This document shows, one piece after another, positions 57,772 to 64,000 of a stretch of 64,000 bases of DNA. A model generated the notes under the pieces. That model was not told the origin of the DNA, did no database searches, and saw nothing but the letters and a program-made list of their open reading frames with translations. The DNA comes from a virus, in IMG/VR virus record IMGVR_UViG_3300032246_001368, positions 47,584 through 111,583 of that record, one strand, 5' to 3'. Both the position numbers and the translations under genes were made by a program. Within the stretch, counting starts at the first letter, position 1, and each line of letters starts with the position of its first letter.

Positions 57772-58596
57772 ATGTTTACAATACTAGTTGGTTTAGTAGC
57801 ACTTCTAGTTGCTGGTTGCGCTGCTTTCTTTTCTGTTCAAGGACTCGCAACACTTTACGCTGCAAAGTTTATTGCCGTATGTATAATGGCTGGAAGTCTT
57901 GAGGTCGGCAAACTTGTTGCGGCTTCCTTTCTCCACCGCTATTGGCATACTTGTGGAATACTTTTAAAATTTTATTTAACTATAGCTGTTGTAATTTTAA
58001 TGGGAATTACATCATTAGGTATATTTGGTTTCTTAACAGGAGCATATCAACAGAGTCATACTAAAGTAGAACTTGCGGATGTTAAACAAGAAGCATTAAA
58101 TTCAAAAAAAGATTTTTTAAAAGTTGAAATTGATCAATTAAATACTAGAATAAATACATTAAATGAAGCTAGGAAATCCCAAGAAAAACGATTACCAGGA
58201 CTCTCTTCAAGAGCATCTAAACCCATCTACGACGATATCAAAAGATCTTCTGAAGAAATTACATCAACGAGACAAAGAGTGGAGTCACTCAGTACTGATC
58301 TCTTCAGGGCGAATCAAGAATCAATCAATGAAAAAGTGGAGGGTTCAAAAGAAACTGATATCGGGACTCTCAAATATGTCGCAAAAGCCTTCGGGGTGGA
58401 TATGGATACTATTGTTAAGTGGTTTACTTTGGCTATTGTTTTGGTATTTGACCCTCTCGCAGTTGCATTAATTTTGGCTTATAATAGTTTAATAATATTA
58501 CCAGCAATAAAAGAAATTCTTGAGAATAAACAAGAATCTATACATAAAAGAATAATTAAAAAATTAAGCGGAGCACATTACAGAGATCAAGAATGA
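57772..58596 (+). CDS. Multi-pass membrane protein with coiled coil
   Basis: Three N-terminal TM segments, LE.GKLVAASFL, C-terminal VFDPLAVALIL. Confidence 0.7.
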   Translation: MFTILVGLVALLVAGCAAFFSVQGLATLYAAKFIAVCIMAGSLEVGKLVAASFLHRYWHTCGILLKFYLTIAVVILMGITSLGIFGFLTGAYQQSHTKVELADVKQEALNSKKDFLKVEIDQLNTRINTLNEARKSQEKRLPGLSSRASKPIYDDIKRSSEEITSTRQRVESLSTDLFRANQESINEKVEGSKETDIGTLKYVAKAFGVDMDTIVKWFTLAIVLVFDPLAVALILAYNSLIILPAIKEILENKQESIHKRIIKKLSGAHYRDQE

Positions 58597-58760
58597 AAAA
58601 TATAAAATATACATCAAACAGAAATTATAGAGATTTTAATACAGAAGTAATTAAAAAAAATAATATCTTGTTAAATAAAAAGAAGAGTGTTGTAGGAAAG
58701 ATAAAAGAAAAGGTTGCTTCTTGGTTTAAAATATAATATATTAATAAAAGTCTTAACGAC

Positions 58761-58774
58761 ATTGATCTTTGATA
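58761..58774 (+). promoter_or_regulatory. boxA-like site upstream of tmRNA
   Basis: ATTGATCTTTGATA, same as 31643-31656. Confidence 0.6.
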
Positions 58775-58783
58775 AATAATTTT

Positions 58784-59224
58784 GGGGGCGTACTGGCTTC
58801 GACTTATAATTGAAGTTTGTATTGCATGCAGTAGTTGATCTGTGGCTACTTTAAAACGGATTAAAAAACTAAATGCAAAAGTTATTACTAATGCAGTTAA
58901 GTCAGTCAAGTCATTCTTGACAAATGCTGCTGAGTCCATGTTCGCTTGCGAAGATGAGCTCTGCCTCATGGCTGCTTGACAATAAAAGAGGATCCTATTA
59001 AATCTTTTATTACATAATAGGTTAAGAAGTACTTGTGATTCTTAGGCAAATGAGAGCAAGGGGTGGTATGTGGTCCTTATTCACACATACAGGTAGGACT
59101 CTAAACATAGATAGGTTGGCGACACCTTGTTACCTTTAGTCAACGAAAGTACAAAGTCGTTCTAAGCATGTAGAAGTATAAATAGAACATTATAAACACA
59201 GGGGTTCGACTCCCCTCGCCTCCT
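58784..59224 (+). ncRNA. ssrA: tmRNA
   Basis: 5' GGGGGCGTACTGGCTTCGAC; 3' AGGGG-TTCGACT-CCCCT-CGCCTCC with G3:U pair; tag ORF 58875-58979 ending ...LMAA*. Confidence 0.9.
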
Positions 59225-59233
59225 CTTTACTTT

Positions 59234-59307
59234 GATTACTGCGTTTATCATCCGAGGTAATGCTCGGTCGCGGGTAACGATTCCAGTAAGCCGCCCGGCC
59301 AGTAATC
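59234..59307 (+). ncRNA. Unidentified structured RNA, motif A copy 2
   Basis: GATTACTGCGT ... CCGAG/CTCGG hairpin ... CGCGGGTAA ... TTCC ... GGCCAGTAATC shared with 31791-31887. Confidence 0.7.
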
Positions 59308-59490
59308 TTCAATTTAATAGAACTCGGTGTATCCCTCTCCAAGACTGTTCGAAAGGTCTTGTGATGGTTCTCGGGTCGTCGTAGGTCATAACAAAACTAG
59401 AACATAATTCTGGACGCTGAAGGTTTTTAGGACAAAAAGACTTACATATTTTTTAGTTGATTTATTATAACTTTTATATATTATAAATGG

Positions 59491-60120
59491 ATGGGCATGT
59501 TTGACACAATTAAATCGGAACGAAAGCTTCCTCTTACAAAAGAGATTAAGAAAGCTTTCCCTAATCAAGACTGGACTAAAGTATCTTTTCAAACAAAAGA
59601 CTTGGATAATACAATGGCTGATTATCTTATTAAAAAGAATGGCTTTCTTTATGCTGAAAAAGTAGAAGGTGAGTATGTTCGTACATTGTCTGAAAAGGAA
59701 GAAACAGCGGAGCGTAAGAAGAATCGTTGGTGCTGGCCTTATAAGTTTGTTGAGTCTAGTAGAAGCTTCGTAAAGCAAGAAATCACCCAGACTGTTAATT
59801 TCTATGAATATGATGAAGATGCTGCAGGTAATACTTGGAGTGTTGAATGGGATGCAACGTTTGTGAAGGGTAAGCTTACTGAGATTAAACTCACTAAAGG
59901 CAAGATTGTTGTTACAGCAGAAGTCAACGCTGAGAACGAAAAGAAGTGGCAAGATCGAATGACTGCTTACGAAAAGCATCCTTGGACTAAAACAAAGAAG
60001 ATTCTCAATAAGATTACTTTTAATTATTGGAGAAGGTTCTGGGATAAGGTTTCGAGACTTCTTGGATGGTTAAGTCGCAAGATTGCATCACTTCAGCTTT
60101 TTATACTAAAGAATTTTTAA
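59491..60120 (+). CDS. Conserved phage protein (MGMFD...FQTKDLD family)
   Basis: Recurrent motif; promoter upstream. Confidence 0.65.
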   Translation: MGMFDTIKSERKLPLTKEIKKAFPNQDWTKVSFQTKDLDNTMADYLIKKNGFLYAEKVEGEYVRTLSEKEETAERKKNRWCWPYKFVESSRSFVKQEITQTVNFYEYDEDAAGNTWSVEWDATFVKGKLTEIKLTKGKIVVTAEVNAENEKKWQDRMTAYEKHPWTKTKKILNKITFNYWRRFWDKVSRLLGWLSRKIASLQLFILKNF

Positions 60121-60253
60121 CTTGCACTGTCTAGGGAAATCCTATATATTAAAGGCATGAATTATTTTACTAAGTTAACTTGGATTACTACTATCACCTC
60201 ATGTCTTGCTATTTGGTATCTAGTTATTAAGACGGTAGCATATTTCTATCATC

Positions 60254-61129
60254 ATGCCTAAGATTCTAGCAATTGGGGATATCCACAATAGGTGGGTACA
60301 TGCAGAAGCAATAGCATCTAAATATGATGCTACACATACTATTGTGTTCACTGGTGACTATTACGACAACTTTGATGACACAGCTATTGATGCTGAACAA
60401 ACAGCTCGTTGGCTTAAAGAATCTTTATCTAAGCCTAATCGAATTCATTTGATGGGTAACCACGATGTTAACTATCACTACAAAAATATTCGCCCTGGTT
60501 CTAATCTAGGTGATCAGATCTATTATTGTTCTGGTTATCATCCAGCTAAAGATGATGCAATTAATCGAATCCTGTCTAATGAGGATTGGGATAAGATTAA
60601 ATTTGCTCATAAGGAGAATGGTTTCTGGTTTAGTCATGCAGGTTTTCATCCTAATTGGTTCTCTAGTCCTCCTTATGGAATGGATGATGAGACCATTAAC
60701 ATTAAGCTGAAGAAGATTCAACAGGACTTTGATGCTCGAATCTTTAGTCATGAACTCTGTGGAGCTGGAAGGTGCAGAGGTGGTATGAACAGAGTTGGTG
60801 GTTTGCTCTGGCGAGATCAGAACCAAGAGTCTTATGCTGGTGGTATGTGGAATGATGAGTCTGGTATTAAACAGGTTTGTGGTCATACACCCATGAGAAA
60901 TGGAATTGATGTCGAGGAGCTCCATAATAAGGGACTCTGTATTGATATTGATTGTGGTCTTCAACAGGTTCTTGAGATCGATGAAGATGGTACCTATACT
61001 ATTATTGATACAGAATTTACTAACTTTTATAAAGAACAGGAAGACAAGTTTCATGCTCAGCAAAAGAAAGAAAAAGCAGAACAAAAGCTAAAGTATATAA
61101 TGAGTCAGTCAGGTTGGTCCAAATACTAA
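60254..61129 (+). CDS. Calcineurin-like metallophosphoesterase
   Basis: GDIH, GDYYD, GNHD, SHAG, GHT. Confidence 0.85.
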   Translation: MPKILAIGDIHNRWVHAEAIASKYDATHTIVFTGDYYDNFDDTAIDAEQTARWLKESLSKPNRIHLMGNHDVNYHYKNIRPGSNLGDQIYYCSGYHPAKDDAINRILSNEDWDKIKFAHKENGFWFSHAGFHPNWFSSPPYGMDDETINIKLKKIQQDFDARIFSHELCGAGRCRGGMNRVGGLLWRDQNQESYAGGMWNDESGIKQVCGHTPMRNGIDVEELHNKGLCIDIDCGLQQVLEIDEDGTYTIIDTEFTNFYKEQEDKFHAQQKKEKAEQKLKYIMSQSGWSKY

Positions 61130-61147
61130 AGCATATAGGATAAGATT

Positions 61148-61351
61148 ATGAATGAAGGAACAGTCAAGGAACTTGATAGCATTAGTGATGAAATGCAAAA
61201 TCTTATTGGAGAAGTGTATGATCTTTGGGTTCTTGGTAATATGACAAGACAAGATTATATTAATTTTTTATCTCTATATGCTAAGATGTTTAAAGAGGAA
61301 GCTGAAAAACATCAAGCAATATTGGATTTAGATATTGACACTTCCTCCTAA
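61148..61351 (+). CDS. Hypothetical protein
   Basis: Between partial and full promoter repeats; ends IDTSS* inside repeat. Confidence 0.5.
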   Translation: MNEGTVKELDSISDEMQNLIGEVYDLWVLGNMTRQDYINFLSLYAKMFKEEAEKHQAILDLDIDTSS

Positions 61352-61368
61352 AGCTATAGAATAAGATT

Positions 61369-61665
61369 ATGAATATGGATAACTTTTATGGTAAAGATGT
61401 ATCAGAGGTAAAGAGTACAACAACATCAACTTTTAGATACAATAATGATGCTTTGGTTGATGCAGAGACTATTAATGCCTATATTGAAGAGCTAGAAGAA
61501 GCTGAACTAGAGAAAGATAGGCTTTTGAAAGCTCTTAAATCCTTAGTATGTACTGTTCAAAAAGATGAGATCAATAAGAATCATTTGGATGTAGCATTAA
61601 GAAAAGCTAGAAATGTTATTGCAGACATTGATCCAACTGTTGAAAAGTGTGATTGTTGTTATTAA
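61369..61665 (+). CDS. Hypothetical protein
   Basis: After promoter repeat. Confidence 0.55.
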   Translation: MNMDNFYGKDVSEVKSTTTSTFRYNNDALVDAETINAYIEELEEAELEKDRLLKALKSLVCTVQKDEINKNHLDVALRKARNVIADIDPTVEKCDCCY

Positions 61666-61704
61666 AAGCTTGAAGTGTCCTAAAGAGCCCTATATACTGA
61701 ATGT

Positions 61705-61890
61705 ATGAAAAATAAAAAGAAAGATATGAAGGTCAAGGATCTAGTAAAGAAGCTGTTGAAACTTGATCAGAATAAAGACATTGCCTTTGGTGATGTTAAT
61801 GGAAAGAATCTCTGGTTTGTGTGTATTGATAAAGAACTTCTAAAGGAAACTGGTCAATATTTTTTGATTGTTGAAAAGGAGGAGAACTAA
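61705..61890 (+). CDS. Hypothetical protein (MKVKDLVKKL motif)
   Basis: Promoter 35 nt upstream. Confidence 0.55.
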   Translation: MKNKKKDMKVKDLVKKLLKLDQNKDIAFGDVNGKNLWFVCIDKELLKETGQYFLIVEKEEN

Positions 61891-61891
61891 T

Positions 61892-62326
61892 ATGATAGAA
61901 GGCTGGACTAATAATAATGTATGTGTTAGTAGTAATGATTCTACTTGGGGATCAGTTAGTATAGATATTGCGAAAGTTCCCCAAAATAGAGTAGAAGGAT
62001 TAGAGGAAGCTCTAGAAGATATTGCAGTCTGTGTTAATGATAATAGAAAGAGAGTAGAAGATCTGGAACATAATATTGAAGAGAATGAGTTCGAGTTTGA
62101 TATACACAAAAATGTAACTGAGCAAGTTATTAAAAATAATAAACTTGATTTAGATGTATTCAAATCAGCACAAAACAATTTCAATGAAGATCAAATAGGA
62201 ATTAACCTAGCACATTTTACCCTCATTAAAGAAATTCATAAGACACTGATTATTGGCTTCTGGGTCTTTATAGTATTTTCACTTGCAACTTGGGGATATT
62301 TGCTGTATACTCTTCTTAAACATTAA
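61892..62326 (+). CDS. Coiled-coil protein with C-terminal TM segment
   Basis: Start reassigned to MIEGW. Confidence 0.55.
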   Translation: MIEGWTNNNVCVSSNDSTWGSVSIDIAKVPQNRVEGLEEALEDIAVCVNDNRKRVEDLEHNIEENEFEFDIHKNVTEQVIKNNKLDLDVFKSAQNNFNEDQIGINLAHFTLIKEIHKTLIIGFWVFIVFSLATWGYLLYTLLKH

Positions 62327-62327
62327 T

Positions 62328-62597
62328 ATGTATAATGCACCAGCATCAGTTATAGCAGCATCAAAGAGAACTAAAATTAGAGATGTTCTTTTAGAGCTTT
62401 TAGTTCAGGAAAAGAAAGAAGAGATTACTATTAAGTGTGGTCTGAAGATTCTGGATATGATTATGAATATGGCAGAGTATATAAGATTATCAGAAGGTGG
62501 TTATATAAGTTTGGCTGGATGTGATATTAATGTAGAAAGAGATTTTGAATTAGAACCTTGGAATATTGTGTATGAGGGTAAAGTAATTTTTAATTGA
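62328..62597 (+). CDS. Hypothetical protein
   Basis: Start reassigned to MYNAP. Confidence 0.5.
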   Translation: MYNAPASVIAASKRTKIRDVLLELLVQEKKEEITIKCGLKILDMIMNMAEYIRLSEGGYISLAGCDINVERDFELEPWNIVYEGKVIFN

Positions 62598-62598
62598 T

Positions 62599-62823
62599 AT
62601 GCAACATAAAACAATCTTTGCTAATCCATTTCTTAATAATGAGACTTTAGAATTTGCACCTGTTATAGGTCAAAGAGTTCATTGTACTTGTGTTCATTGT
62701 AATAAAGATATGGTCATTCCAGTACCAAATGAATATGTTGATTGGGAGGATGTAGCATCTTGCGAATACTATGCATCGACAAATCATTTGCTCAGAACTC
62801 TAATTGGAGAAGAAAATGTCTGA
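62599..62823 (+). CDS. Hypothetical protein
   Basis: Coupled ORF. Confidence 0.5.
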   Translation: MQHKTIFANPFLNNETLEFAPVIGQRVHCTCVHCNKDMVIPVPNEYVDWEDVASCEYYASTNHLLRTLIGEENV

Positions 62824-63046
62824 TCTAAAGAAGATTATCATTACTAAAAAGACCTACGACTACGCATGTTCGGATGGATGTTGTTCAGAATATGGTTGGA
62901 CCTGGTATGTAGATGGTGTTGAGGTTCATAGTTCTCCTTGTGAAAGTAATGCTCTACAGGCCATTCTTAAACACTTAGGATTCGATGCTACTATTAACTT
63001 CTGTAATGAGGAAGATGATTTGGATGATCCTTATGCATCACTTTAA
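62816..63046 (+). CDS. Conserved small phage protein (C.DGCC..YG motif)
   Basis: YACSDGCCSEYG. Confidence 0.6.
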   Translation: MSDLKKIIITKKTYDYACSDGCCSEYGWTWYVDGVEVHSSPCESNALQAILKHLGFDATINFCNEEDDLDDPYASL

Positions 63047-63084
63047 TCTTGCCTTGTCCTAGTTTTAGATATAGTATATAGGTA

Positions 63085-63762
63085 ATGAAAGAGTACTTCT
63101 ATAAACCTGTTAAAGTAACAGCTAAAGATCATGATGTACTTTTTCAAGGCTGCTTACATTATGGACATGATCCTAAGTGGGATGAGCCAATCTGGAAGAC
63201 TAGAGGTTATAACAGTTCTAGAGAGCATGAGGAGGGTCTGATTAATAATTGGAACTCAAAGGCTAATAAGGACACTGTTGGATTCCTTCTTGGTGATACA
63301 ATTTTTGGTCATATGGCTGATGAAAGGCTTATGGAGCTCTTTAGGAGGCTTGAGTTTAAGACTCTATATGTTCTTCCTGGAAATCATCAGGCTGGATATA
63401 AGCAGCTCTTAGAGAAGGCTGAGAACAACACCCTCTATATGAGCAATTTCTGGGATCATAATGATGAGAGGGAAATTGTATTTGTTCCAAATTATCTTGA
63501 GGCTGTAGTAAATGGGCAGGCTATTGTTATGTGTCATTACCCTATACTAAGTTTCAATGGAAGTGGAAAAGGGGCTTATCATATCTTTGCCCATGTTCAT
63601 AACAATCTCAATAGATCTGAGCTTGGAAGGCTTTATCTAAAGACAGGATTGAATTATGAGGTCTCTGTAGAGAACTGTCCATCCCCAATTACATTTGGAG
63701 AGCTAAGAGCAGAGATGAGAAAGAGAGTACAAAGCTGTCCTGATCATCATAATGATGCTTGA
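63085..63762 (+). CDS. Metallophosphoesterase (phage type)
   Basis: LHYGH, LINNWN, LLGD, PGNH, CHYP, AHVH. Confidence 0.75.
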   Translation: MKEYFYKPVKVTAKDHDVLFQGCLHYGHDPKWDEPIWKTRGYNSSREHEEGLINNWNSKANKDTVGFLLGDTIFGHMADERLMELFRRLEFKTLYVLPGNHQAGYKQLLEKAENNTLYMSNFWDHNDEREIVFVPNYLEAVVNGQAIVMCHYPILSFNGSGKGAYHIFAHVHNNLNRSELGRLYLKTGLNYEVSVENCPSPITFGELRAEMRKRVQSCPDHHNDA

Positions 63763-63803
63763 CACTTCCTCCTAAAGCATATAGAATAAAGACAAATAAT
63801 AAT

Positions 63804-64000
63804 ATGAAATACAAATTAACTAAAAACACAAAAGAAGTAAATGGTACTACTCTTTACCAAATCCAAGCTCTTAAAGACTTTGGAAATGTAAATAAAGGAG
63901 ATCTTGGAGGTTGGATTGAAAAGGAAGAGAATCTAAGCCACAAGGATAATTGCTGGGTCTATGGTAATGCTTGGGTCTATGGTGATGCTAAGGTCTGTGG
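63804..64000 (+). CDS. Phage protein with hexapeptide (left-handed beta-helix) repeats, 3'-partial
   Basis: MKYKLT...TLYQIQALKDFGNV.KGDLGGWIEKEENLS...WVYGNAWVYGDA. Confidence 0.8.
   Translation, partial: MKYKLTKNTKEVNGTTLYQIQALKDFGNVNKGDLGGWIEKEENLSHKDNCWVYGNAWVYGDAKVC

Noticed and set aside
1-64000. Stop-codon reassignment
   Set aside because: Long genes are intact in code 11, all three stops terminate genes, and no suppressor tRNA was seen.
1-64000. Host assignment
   Set aside because: Absence of Shine-Dalgarno sequences and the promoter style are suggestive but not diagnostic; no supportable host call from this window.

Overview
AT-rich, densely coded segment of a large (jumbo, loosely T4-like) bacteriophage genome read with the standard genetic code. 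No host housekeeping genes, integrase or CRISPR array were seen. 1-17.4 kb holds virion/tail proteins (repeat solenoid fibre, split LamG protein, a paralogous triplet, a giant vWA protein). 17.5-38 kb and 48-64 kb hold accessory genes: DUF932, TraR-like Zn finger, phosphoesterases, PRTase-like protein, P-loop kinase, HD hydrolase, GNAT, nucleotidyltransferase and GMP reductase. 38.8-47.7 kb is a GC-richer block of mostly monocistronic small genes, bracketed by arrays of a GACCGGT dyad and containing a tRNA cluster. Much expression looks leaderless, from sigma70-like promoters carrying a TTTCC(C) box or from a TAA(A/G)TA late-type motif. Most notable: (i) two boxA-led stable-RNA operons, one a ~620-nt run of unidentified structured RNAs and the other a tmRNA with a 34-aa tag, which share an unrecognised RNA motif; (ii) a tRNA split at the anticodon loop by an insert carrying another tRNA-Arg plus an HNH gene; (iii) atypical tRNAs (UAU with a long variable arm, Leu-UAA with a short one); (iv) a set of late proteins with T4-like capsid-targeting leaders. 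All assignments come from reading motifs by eye; no searches or folding programs were run.
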